This document shows positions 36,191-44,218 of a stretch of 64,000 bases of DNA, piece after piece (the first letter of the stretch is position 1; the number at the start of each line of letters is the position of its first letter). Under the pieces are notes generated by a model. The model searched no databases and had not been told where the DNA came from. It saw nothing but the letters and a program-made list of their open reading frames with translations. A program made the position numbers and the translations under genes. Origin of the DNA: a virus; IMG/VR virus record IMGVR_UViG_3300032829_000004, positions 33,803 through 97,802 of that record; one strand, given 5' to 3'.

Positions 36191-36781
36191 TTGCCTTGCC
36201 TAGCCCCGCCACGCCCAGCGAAGCCGGGCCTAGCACAGCCATGCCATGTCTTGCGTGACCGCCGGGGGCTCGAACCCCAGTGCCTGCCAGTCGGCCGTAA
36301 AACTCCCTGCCTCGCCGCGCCCAGCCGAGCGCTGCCGGGACCAGCACTGCCGTGCCATGCCCAACCAGGCGCGGGTGCCAGGGTCTCGAACCCTGGTGAC
36401 TGCCGGTCACCCTTCATAAAGCCCCTGCCTCGCCTTGCCGCGCCTTGCCCGGACAGGCCTCGCGTTGCCGAGCCTCGCGGGGCCATGCCGCGCCTCGCCG
36501 CGCCATGCCTTGCCGCGCTCCGCCATGCCCAGCCGTGCCAAGCGCGGGTGCCCCGGACCCGAACCGGGGTGTATGCCGTTCACCCTGTGAAACCCCTGCC
36601 TCGCCAAGACCCGCCGTGCATCGCCTCGCCACGCCAGGCATTGCCCGGCCTTGCGTGCGGGCCGGGGGCCTGAACCCCGGTGCATGCCGTTCCCGCGTGA
36701 ATCCCTTGCCCTGCCTAGCCCGGCCCCGCGTTGCCACGCCTAGCCGTAGCCAAGACACGCCCCGCCCCGCCTAGCCATGCG
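36191..36781 (-). ncRNA. Upstream GGC-NN pentamer array (5 tracts, 4 tRNA-like hairpins), putative guide RNAs
   Basis: Tracts of 15, 12, 24, 13 and 13 pentamers; hairpins at 36657-36696, 36546-36585, 36373-36412, 36257-36296. Confidence 0.8.
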
Positions 36782-36787
36782 CGTCCG

Positions 36788-36873
36788 ATGATGCCACAAC
36801 ACTGTGGCATGGTCAATCCGGCCATAATGTTGTGGCATGATGCTACACTGGTGTTGGCCACATGCGTGTGGCA
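36788..36873. promoter_or_regulatory. Divergent promoter region with three GCCAYA-N4-TGTGGC operators
   Basis: Minus strand TTGACC-17-CATCAT ending just before the first pentamer; palindromes at about 36791, 36821 and 36857. Confidence 0.7.
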
Positions 36874-36883
36874 ACATGACCGC

Positions 36884-37141
36884 GTGGACCCGGAGCCGGA
36901 GATGACCGAACTGCTTGACGCCGTTGCCGACGTGCGCGCCCAGTCGCAGCGCGTCGCCCGGCTCGCCGCCGCCCTCTACGAGGCCAGCAAGACGCACAAG
37001 CAGAACGAACTGGTCCGCAAGACCGGCCTCACCCGCGAGACGATCCGGCGGCACGTCGAGGACGAGAAGATCCGGCGCGGCGAGATCGCCCCCACGGCGC
37101 GGTACCTGGCAGCCCAGAAGCGGGCGCGCGGCGACTCCTGA
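36884..37141 (+). CDS. Small HTH regulator divergent from the array operon
   Basis: QNELVRKTGLTRETIRRHV. Confidence 0.7.
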   Translation: MDPEPEMTELLDAVADVRAQSQRVARLAAALYEASKTHKQNELVRKTGLTRETIRRHVEDEKIRRGEIAPTARYLAAQKRARGDS

Positions 37142-37143
37142 CC

Positions 37144-37290
37144 TCACCGCTTCAGCACCCTTCCCGCCCGCTGGACTGCCCGCTTTACCGCCCACCCGGC
37201 CGTAACCCACAGCAGTCCGAGTACCGCGAGCAGTGGCCACCACCCGGCGAGCGCTATTCGTGCCGCCCACGATGCGGCTTCACCGTTCAC
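37144..37290 (-). CDS. Small membrane protein
   Basis: Single TM, GTGA overlap. Confidence 0.45.
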   Translation of the reverse strand: MNGEAASWAARIALAGWWPLLAVLGLLWVTAGWAVKRAVQRAGRVLKR

Positions 37291-37550
37291 CGGAGCCTCT
37301 TCTCCCGCCGCGCCGTCTTCCCACCGCGACCCGGCATGGGGGCCTTGCCGTCGAGGAACGCCTTCTCGCGCCTCGACCACGACACCGGGCCGCGGGGCAG
37401 CAGTTCCCTCGCCGAGCAGCCGATCAGGATCGCCGCGGCAAGCCCGTATGCGGTCATCGGACCCCACAAGCCGAGCAGGCCGAGGCAGACGGCCAGGAAC
37501 GCGGACGCGGCGCCGGCAAGGCAGAGGGCGGCGGGGATGAGACGGGTCAC
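37287..37550 (-). CDS. Two-TM membrane protein
   Basis: Two hydrophobic helices and basic tail. Confidence 0.55.
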   Translation of the reverse strand: MTRLIPAALCLAGAASAFLAVCLGLLGLWGPMTAYGLAAAILIGCSARELLPRGPVSWSRREKAFLDGKAPMPGRGGKTARREKRLR

Positions 37551-37620
37551 GCAGCACCCCCCGCAGCCTGGCGGCGCGCGTCCGCCCCGGCATGAATGCG
37601 CTCGAGCTGGACGGGCGCGG

Positions 37621-38097
37621 TCAAAGCAAGCCCCCGGTCACGCGAACCGTGACGGTTTCCCTGTGTGCCGCCTGCCGGGCACGGGACTCGCCGACGGTGT
37701 TGACGGCGACCGCGAACAGCGCGAGCTGCTCCATGTCCGCCTGCCCGGGGACATCCGCCCCGGCGGGCGCCGGGTCCGCGCGCAGCCTGGCGAGGTCTTC
37801 CGGCCGGTGCCTGAAACCGCCGCACGGGCAGTCAAGGCACGGGTCCGCCCTCGACGATACGGGAGACGGGCGGACGGGACCTGAAGGCGGGTGCCTGCCG
37901 GACTCGTGCGAGCAGGCGCACACTTCCCCGGCTTGTTCCGCCGTCGCGAACGGCATCCGGTCGCAGACTTCCAGGTGCCCCGGAGACGTGGAGGTGTCGT
38001 GGACCCACGGGTAGGTGCCGTCGTCCTCGGGGCCGTCTCCGAGCCACACGAAAACGCCCCGCCCGTGCGGGCAGGCCGCGGTGATGCAGAGGCTCAC
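37621..38097 (-). CDS. Cys-rich hypothetical protein
   Basis: CACSH...H...CLDCPC..F. Confidence 0.55.
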   Translation of the reverse strand: MSLCITAACPHGRGVFVWLGDGPEDDGTYPWVHDTSTSPGHLEVCDRMPFATAEQAGEVCACSHESGRHPPSGPVRPSPVSSRADPCLDCPCGGFRHRPEDLARLRADPAPAGADVPGQADMEQLALFAVAVNTVGESRARQAAHRETVTVRVTGGLL

Positions 38098-38350
38098 GAT
38101 CCGCTCCCGGCGTCCACGACCCCGCGTGCGGCGAGCTCGGCTTCCAGTTCCGCCAGCCGCGCGCCGTCGACTACGGCGGCGGTCACGGGCTCCGGCACGG
38201 GGGCCGGCTTCCGCCTCGGCCTAGGCCCGGACCCCGTGCCGGGCGTGAGCACGTCGAACCCGGTTCCCCGGTACACGTACCCGCCGGGGGCGGGGAGCCC
38301 GTTGCGGGGCACGGTGCCGGGCATGACCCGGATGCCCGCGCTGCTGTCGC

Positions 38351-38740
38351 TCACGTCCCGCTCCTGTGCGTCATCCGGCAGCCGAGAGACCCCGCCGGGT
38401 ACTCGCACCCAGGGCACCGTGGCCGCGACGGGTCGGGCATCGGGGCCAGGTAGCAGCCGTCAAGGTGGTTCGGGGGCAGCGCGCGGCAAGCCGGATTCGG
38501 GCAGCGGGCCGCTTCGAGCCGCGCCCTCTCGGCCGCCTCGCGCCGTTCCCGTTCCGGCCGCGGACGGGGCACTGCGGGCAGCGTGGCACCGGGGGCGATG
38601 ACTCCGAGCCGCGCCAGGCGTTCCAGCACCTTCTCCGGCCGTCCCCGCGACGGGCGCCCGAGTGCCGCCCCGTAGACGTAGGGCCTGAAACCGTCAGGCG
38701 GGGCGCACGGCCCCGTGGCGGTGAATGCGGGGATCTTCAC
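38351..38740 (-). CDS. Hypothetical zinc-finger protein
   Basis: CPNPAC...H..C; CPGC...C...H. Confidence 0.5.
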   Translation of the reverse strand: MKIPAFTATGPCAPPDGFRPYVYGAALGRPSRGRPEKVLERLARLGVIAPGATLPAVPRPRPERERREAAERARLEAARCPNPACRALPPNHLDGCYLAPMPDPSRPRCPGCEYPAGSLGCRMTHRSGT

Positions 38741-39155
38741 GCCGCACCACCCCCAGGGGGCATGCGGCGGGCCATTCCGGGCGCGTAGCCGCCTCCGGGC
38801 CGTTTTACCGGCCACTTGCCGCGCCCGGCCCGTTTCGCTGCCGCGTTAGCGCTTTCCGCCTTCTTCCACGCGGCACGGGCGTCCTTCCCTGCCAGTGGGG
38901 TGGTTCCGGACGAGGCGGCGGCCTCCCGAGCGCTCTCCGCCTCGTCCGGGCTCAGGGCCGGGCCATCCCCGCATGGGGGGGTTGGGGACGGCCCGGCATC
39001 CCCGCGGCCGGTGGCCTGCGGGGGACTGTCCCGGCCGCCGCGGGGGGGTGCGGCTTCCGGGACGGCGGCTGGAGCAGGGGGGGTTAGCTCCGCCGCGTCA
39101 AGGCCCCGGCCGGGAAGGGCGGTCCCGGCCGGGGGGTCTGGCGGGAAGAAGGGGA

Positions 39156-39560
39156 TCATGCGGTGCTCCGGGCGGTGACCGGGGTGACCGCCAGCGACGG
39201 ATCGAACCGCGCCGGCACGGGCCTGTCCGTCACGAACCAGTTCTCCGGATCGTGCGGGAAGGCCTCGATCCCCGCCAGCCAGCCGGGGCTGGCAAGCTCC
39301 CGGAACGGCGACGCGAGCCACGGGACGCACCCCGCCGTGCGCAGCGCCAGGTAGCGGAACTCCATCCGGTCACATCGGAGCGTGTGCGAGGTGAGGCCCG
39401 TCGCCTCCCGGTCGGGCGCCGGGAGGGCGGTCAGCCACAGCAGGCGCGGCAGGCCCGTAGCCGGGTGCTGTGGCTGCGGCATCAGCAGGGGGCGCAGGGC
39501 GGTCCGCTGGATCTGGCGTGCCGAATGCCGGCAGGTGAAATGCCACAGCGAGTCAGCCAC
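39156..39560 (-). CDS. Hypothetical phage protein
   Basis: LWHFTC...LLWLT...GLTS..L.CDR.EFRY. Confidence 0.6.
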   Translation of the reverse strand: MADSLWHFTCRHSARQIQRTALRPLLMPQPQHPATGLPRLLWLTALPAPDREATGLTSHTLRCDRMEFRYLALRTAGCVPWLASPFRELASPGWLAGIEAFPHDPENWFVTDRPVPARFDPSLAVTPVTARSTA

Positions 39561-39792
39561 GTCCCGCCTCCCTCGCGGAAAGGACGGGCCAGCCCAGGCC
39601 ACGGGCGCATTTCCCGCGCGCCCGCTGTTCCTGCTTGCGCCGCCTCCCGTAGTCCCGCCGCGCGGCCCGGCAGGCTTCGCACGGCTCGGAGCCGCGCAGC
39701 ATGTGAACCTGGTAGCCGCCGTTGGTGCCGTGCCTGATCGGCTCGGCCGCCCTACCCACGGGACTCTCCCCGGTCGAGCCGTTCGGCGGCAA
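39553..39792 (-). CDS. Small zinc-finger protein
   Basis: HGT..GY..H..RG.EPCEAC. Confidence 0.55.
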   Translation of the reverse strand: MPPNGSTGESPVGRAAEPIRHGTNGGYQVHMLRGSEPCEACRAARRDYGRRRKQEQRARGKCARGLGWPVLSAREAGRG

Positions 39793-40075
39793 GCGCGGCG
39801 ACCGCGGCCAGTTCCGGCCGTTCCAGTGGTACGCCCCGGCTTTCCGTGGCCGACCGGATCGCCTCCAGTCCCCCGGCGACGGCGAGCGTTATCCGGCCGA
39901 GAGCGGCATCGTGCGGGAACTGCTCCCGCAGCAGGGCCGCCAGGCTGTCCGCGAGGACGAACAGCCGGTCGCCTTCACCGCATAGCGCGGCCAGTTCGGC
40001 GCGCATGTCCCTGACTGCGGCAAGCGACTGGTCGGCTTCAGCGTCCAGGTAGGTTTTCGAGGGCACCTCAGGCAT
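39752..40075 (-). CDS. Hypothetical protein
   Basis: GGGAG SD. Confidence 0.5.
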   Translation of the reverse strand: MPEVPSKTYLDAEADQSLAAVRDMRAELAALCGEGDRLFVLADSLAALLREQFPHDAALGRITLAVAGGLEAIRSATESRGVPLERPELAAVAALAAERLDRGESRG

Positions 40076-40592
40076 TGCCGTGCTCCCGTTTCCACCCGGC
40101 GCGCAGTGCCGCGCGGGCACCTGCCCGGCACCCGTCGCACGCGTCCGGGCTGACGGCTGTCAGCCCGCAGCGCCCGGCGTGGATCGCGCGGGCGAGCGTT
40201 TCCACCTCGGCGGTGTCCTGTTCCGGCTCCGCGTCGGCCAGCGCCACGGCCACCGCGGCGCACGTCCGGGTCATCGCCCCGGACAGGGTCTCGACGTTCC
40301 CGCCGATCGCGAACGACACGCCGCCGTCCTCCGCCCGCCGGACCCGCAGCCCCTGGAGCCCGACCCAGCCGTCCCTGTCCCGCAGGACGGACACGTCCGG
40401 CCTGCCGAGCATCACCGGCGGCTCCTGGCCGCACGCCCGGTACAGCGCCACCGTGAGGTCAAGGATCTCCAGCGGGTCCACGCACACCGATACCTCGACA
40501 CCCTTCTCGCTGGTCACGTTGAGGCATCCGTCTCCCTGCCCGCACTCCCCGACTTCCAGGCGCGCACCGTCATGGTCGGTGATGGGCTCCAT
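40068..40592 (-). CDS. Hypothetical protein
   Basis: Coupled ORF. Confidence 0.55.
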   Translation of the reverse strand: MEPITDHDGARLEVGECGQGDGCLNVTSEKGVEVSVCVDPLEILDLTVALYRACGQEPPVMLGRPDVSVLRDRDGWVGLQGLRVRRAEDGGVSFAIGGNVETLSGAMTRTCAAVAVALADAEPEQDTAEVETLARAIHAGRCGLTAVSPDACDGCRAGARAALRAGWKREHGNA

Positions 40593-40990
40593 CACGCCGC
40601 CCCCTCGCCCGTCATATTCACTGGCTCCCACTTCTCGCATCCGGGCCACCAGGCCCTGATGTCTGTGGCCGCCCCGTGCGTCTCGTACGGGCCGCGCCGG
40701 AACGTCTTGGTGTAGATCTCGCCCGACCGGCCACGGGTGCATTTGAGCCACCCGTCCTGCCGCTCGATGAACGTGCAGCCGCCGCAGCGCGGGCCTGGCG
40801 CTTTCCGGTCGTCAGCCGGGGGCGCGTCGGGGTGCAGCCGCAGGGGCGTGCCGTGGACCAGGGCGAGCGGGTGGCGCCCGTTCGCGAGGGCCTGCGCCTG
40901 GCGGAGCGTCCGCCTCCGGTCGCCTGACAGCTTCGGGCCGGGCTCCGCCAGCGGCACCGGGTCCACGTCGAACAGGGCCGGCTCGCTCAA
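40592..40990 (-). CDS. Hypothetical Cys-containing phage protein
   Basis: RCGGC...KC...ATDIRAWWPGC. Confidence 0.6.
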   Translation of the reverse strand: MSEPALFDVDPVPLAEPGPKLSGDRRRTLRQAQALANGRHPLALVHGTPLRLHPDAPPADDRKAPGPRCGGCTFIERQDGWLKCTRGRSGEIYTKTFRRGPYETHGAATDIRAWWPGCEKWEPVNMTGEGAA

Positions 40991-41311
40991 CGCCACCCCG
41001 CCTCTCTTGCCGCGTCCACGGCCGGCCTGCATGGCTGCCTCCGCCGTGCACGCCGTCTCCGCCCGGCTTCCGCCAGGTCCTCGAAAGCCGCGATGACCGC
41101 GACCACGGACCACGCCGCGGTGAACGCGGCGAGCATCAGCCCGGCCAGGAGCAGGTCCCGTGCCCGCCTCACCGCGTGCCCCGCAGTGACCTGTTCGCCG
41201 CCCGCACCGCGAGCGCTTCCCCCTGCCGCCCTGCGACGGCCCCCGCTATCGCGATCACCGGCACCCAGGCGACCGCTTTCGCGACCCGCCATCCCGTCGC
41301 AAACCGCGCCT

Positions 41312-41671
41312 TCATGCCGCGTCCCTCCGTGCCCTGATCCGCCGCGCCCACTCGGCGGCAAGCTCCTCGTACTCGCCGCCCAGGTTGTCGCTGAACGCCT
41401 GGAAGCCGTGGCGGACCGCCCACCAGTCGGCGTCCATCGCCAGCGGTTTCCGCGACAGGTGCCGGGAGTACCTGTCGTAGCCCGAGTGCGCCCCGTCCCG
41501 GCCGCCGCGCAGCTCCAGCGGGCACCGCTGGCCGAGGATGCACTTGTCGCCGTCGGCCAGATCGAGCGTCTCGAGGTCGATCGCGGGCATGGCGTCCTCG
41601 CGCCACCATCCGGGGTCGCGCCGGTCAAGGACCGCCTCGCCCCGGTCGACCCTTTCCGTGATCGTCCTCAT
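41312..41671 (-). CDS. Hypothetical protein
   Basis: LDL...CILGQ motif; ATGA overlap. Confidence 0.55.
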   Translation of the reverse strand: MRTITERVDRGEAVLDRRDPGWWREDAMPAIDLETLDLADGDKCILGQRCPLELRGGRDGAHSGYDRYSRHLSRKPLAMDADWWAVRHGFQAFSDNLGGEYEELAAEWARRIRARRDAA

Positions 41672-42291
41672 GCCGCCACTCCAGCCGGGGGCTCGAACGA
41701 ATAGGAACCGTCTTCCGAACGCCACGCCAGGACCCCGGACCCGTGCCGGGAATGCAGCATCATCGGCACTGCGCGCGGGTCGGAGCCCTGCGGGAGCCAG
41801 AAGCCGCGTGCCCGCATCTCCGCGTTCCGCGACTCGGCCGCCCCGTGGCAGCCGTCGTGCGGCGTGCCGCACAGAAGCGCCCCGTTCGCGGCCGTCGCGA
41901 GGACCGGATTCGACGTGCCGCCCATGCCGCGCGCCACGACATGCTGCACCTGGCCGCCGTAACGGCCGAGGTGCTTCCCGCATGCTTCGCATGCCGCGTC
42001 CTCGACGGCCCCGTTGCCGGCCCTCTTGCGGACCAGCAGCTTCACCCTCGCGGGGAACCCTGTCACCGGGCGGGGTGCCGGAACCGGCACCGGCCGGGGT
42101 GCCTGCGGGACGCGGACATGCCACTTCCCGCACTCCCGGTTCAGGCACTGGCGCACCTCGGCACCAGGCAGCCCCGCGTTCGGCGATTCTCCGGCGGCTT
42201 CCTCCGACTCGTACCCTTTCCCGCACGGCAGGAGAGGGGCACGGCGGGACAGGCCGGAGGCAGCCGCCAGGGGCTGCCTCCGGGAAGGCAT
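41668..42291 (-). CDS. HNH endonuclease-like protein
   Basis: CEACG...QH...RGMGG...N..LLCG....GCH. Confidence 0.7.
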   Translation of the reverse strand: MPSRRQPLAAASGLSRRAPLLPCGKGYESEEAAGESPNAGLPGAEVRQCLNRECGKWHVRVPQAPRPVPVPAPRPVTGFPARVKLLVRKRAGNGAVEDAACEACGKHLGRYGGQVQHVVARGMGGTSNPVLATAANGALLCGTPHDGCHGAAESRNAEMRARGFWLPQGSDPRAVPMMLHSRHGSGVLAWRSEDGSYSFEPPAGVAA

Positions 42292-42302
42292 CGGAGTGTT
42301 CC

Positions 42303-43223
42303 TCACTCGGGATCGCCGTCCCATCCGGGCGGGTCCTCCACGGGAACCCTGCTGTCCCCGTACTCCGCGTCTTCGGGTTCGACCCGTCCGGGAACAACGC
42401 GGTGCTCGGTGACTTCCGCCGCGTTGGCCTCGGGGTTGAGGTCAACGCGGACGCCGTCGTCTACCTGCATGCCGATCGCCATCTCGGCGGACTTCGGCAG
42501 TACGTGGAAAACCTGGAGGATGGTGGTCTTCCTGCCCATGCCGGCGAAGTGGTCGACCCAAGGGCCGGTGAGCTTCCCGTTCCTGTCGCGCGGCCCGAAC
42601 CTGTCCCGGTGGGCTTCCATCGTGGCCAGCGAGGTCGGCTCGGTGATCTGGACGCCGCCGTTGACGAGGCGGGCGATCGAGTAGAACGCCCGTATCGTCT
42701 CCCGCTTCCCGTCGAGAGCCGGCTTGTGGACGAGGTGCGGACCTTCCTCGTCCCGCCAGTAGTCGAAGTCCCGGTCCTCGGCGTACACGACCGACGCGAA
42801 GATGTCCTTGAGTTTCCCGGACCGGTGGCCGAGTTCGATGTACCCCTGGTAGCCGATGACGAGCTGCGCCTTCTGGCACCTGTCGCGGCCGTCCCAGAAC
42901 GGGAGCGGCCACGCGTGGCCGAGACCGGGGACGCCGGGGCGCAGGCCGAGCTGCGCGCAGGTCATGAGCGCGCCCAGGACGCTGGCCGGCTCGCATTCGC
43001 TGAGCTTCCGGATGGTGCGCAGGCAGGTGAGCGCGTCGCGGATCAGCTGGGCCGCCTCCGCGCCCTTCGGCATTGCCCGCTGGTACTCCGGGGCCATCCG
43101 CTCGATCTGCTGCCTCAGCGTCTGGATGCCGTCTTCCCGCTCCCCGTCACCGCCGGGGGTGCTGCCGTTCCGGTCGCCGCGGCCGTTCTGCGCGGCGGCG
43201 CGCGCCGCTAGATCGCGTCCCAT
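42303..43223 (-). CDS. recT: RecT-family ssDNA annealing recombinase
   Basis: SVLGALMTCAQLGL.P...GHAW.LPF...AQLVIGYQGYIEL..RSG...M..KT. Confidence 0.9.
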   Translation of the reverse strand: MGRDLAARAAAQNGRGDRNGSTPGGDGEREDGIQTLRQQIERMAPEYQRAMPKGAEAAQLIRDALTCLRTIRKLSECEPASVLGALMTCAQLGLRPGVPGLGHAWPLPFWDGRDRCQKAQLVIGYQGYIELGHRSGKLKDIFASVVYAEDRDFDYWRDEEGPHLVHKPALDGKRETIRAFYSIARLVNGGVQITEPTSLATMEAHRDRFGPRDRNGKLTGPWVDHFAGMGRKTTILQVFHVLPKSAEMAIGMQVDDGVRVDLNPEANAAEVTEHRVVPGRVEPEDAEYGDSRVPVEDPPGWDGDPE

Positions 43224-43225
43224 GC

Positions 43226-44218
43226 TTACGCTGCCTCCTTCTTGACGCTGAACTGGCGGTAACTGGTGGTCTCGATGACCTCGGCGGCGGCGGCGGGATG
43301 CTTTTCCCGCAGGATCGCGACGTTGTCCTTGGGGACCTGAGTCCGGTTCCGGTGCCCCCAGGTCGCGGCCGGCTTCCCCTCGTACAGGGCGGTTTCCGCG
43401 TCCCCCATCACGCTGGTGATGACGGCCTTGATCTCTTCCTTGCGGTCCCCGGCGGCCTTCGCGGCGGCGCTTTCCTTCCTGTACTCGCGCAGGAGGTCGT
43501 ACTGCGCGGCTGTGAGCTCGACGGTCTTGCCGGGCACGACGTCCGGGTACAGGCGGGCGATCAGCTTCGCGGCGGCCTCGCCGCCTTCGAGCGCCGGGGG
43601 CGTGCTGTTCCGCACCAGCTCCCAGAACTGGGCCTCGATCGTGACGAGGTCGGCGATGAACGCCTCGTCGCGCTCCACCCGCCGGATGACCGGGGGTTCC
43701 CCGCCGACCTGCGCGCACACCCAGGCATGCGAGAGGCCGGTGACGGCTAGCGCGTGCTGGGCCTGCGCTTCGGCGCCGTCGGCGACGGTCTCCCCGAGGT
43801 CGTCTTCCCACTCGGCGCGCCGGTGGTAGTTCGTGTTCTTGATCTCCAGGACGCCGCCGTCGGCGGTGAGCCGGTCCACCGAGACCCGCTGCCAGTGCCT
43901 GTCCTGGTGGCGCAGGAGGCCGCAGCGGCGGGTGCGGATGCCGGTCCGCTCGGTGAACCACTCCGCGATCGGGGCCTCGGCGATCTGCCCCCAGCGCATC
44001 CGGCCGGACTGCTCCCGCTCCGGCAGGGCGCCGGTCTTGTCGAGGAAAACCTCCATGCGCGTCTTCCACGGGTCCAGGCCCAGGACGGCAAGGGCGTCGC
44101 TTCCGCCGATGCCCTGCCGCCGGAGGGCCAGCCACTCCTCACGGGGCGCGTCAGCGCGGGCCACGAGCACGCCGGCCGGGGTGACCTTGCGGGGCTTCCC
44201 GGTGATGACGGCGGTCAC
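43226..44218 (-). CDS. YqaJ-like viral recombination exonuclease
   Basis: WLALRRQGIGGSD, WG...E, DR...LEIKN, QAQH.L.VTG. Confidence 0.9.
   Translation of the reverse strand: MTAVITGKPRKVTPAGVLVARADAPREEWLALRRQGIGGSDALAVLGLDPWKTRMEVFLDKTGALPEREQSGRMRWGQIAEAPIAEWFTERTGIRTRRCGLLRHQDRHWQRVSVDRLTADGGVLEIKNTNYHRRAEWEDDLGETVADGAEAQAQHALAVTGLSHAWVCAQVGGEPPVIRRVERDEAFIADLVTIEAQFWELVRNSTPPALEGGEAAAKLIARLYPDVVPGKTVELTAAQYDLLREYRKESAAAKAAGDRKEEIKAVITSVMGDAETALYEGKPAATWGHRNRTQVPKDNVAILREKHPAAAAEVIETTSYRQFSVKKEAA

Noticed and set aside
35232-36696. tRNA genes
   Set aside because: Only 40 nt each, with a T-arm and short outer stem; no anticodon arm or CCA end
35006-36774. Arg/Gly/Ala-rich ORFs over the arrays, and N-terminal extensions to 35454 and 36410
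   Set aside because: By-products of GC-rich pentamer repeats; good SD-linked starts lie at 35136 and 36170
35162-36781. Canonical CRISPR array
   Set aside because: No identical 25-45 bp repeats with unique spacers; the inter-hairpin tracts are themselves 5-nt periodic and no cas1/cas2 is present
35162-36781. Simple microsatellite from slippage
   Set aside because: Variation is concentrated at positions 4-5, tract lengths cluster at 12-16 units, and boundaries are conserved
37003-37012. 9-nt match between the concatenated tract-2 dinucleotides (AACGAACTG) and the HTH gene
   Set aside because: Too short and does not extend; expected by chance
41538-43211. Long antisense ORFs opposite recT and other genes (also 12139-13401, 26857-28317, 58386-59843)
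   Set aside because: No recognisable domains; typical GC-rich shadow frames, unlike the motif-bearing antisense HNH
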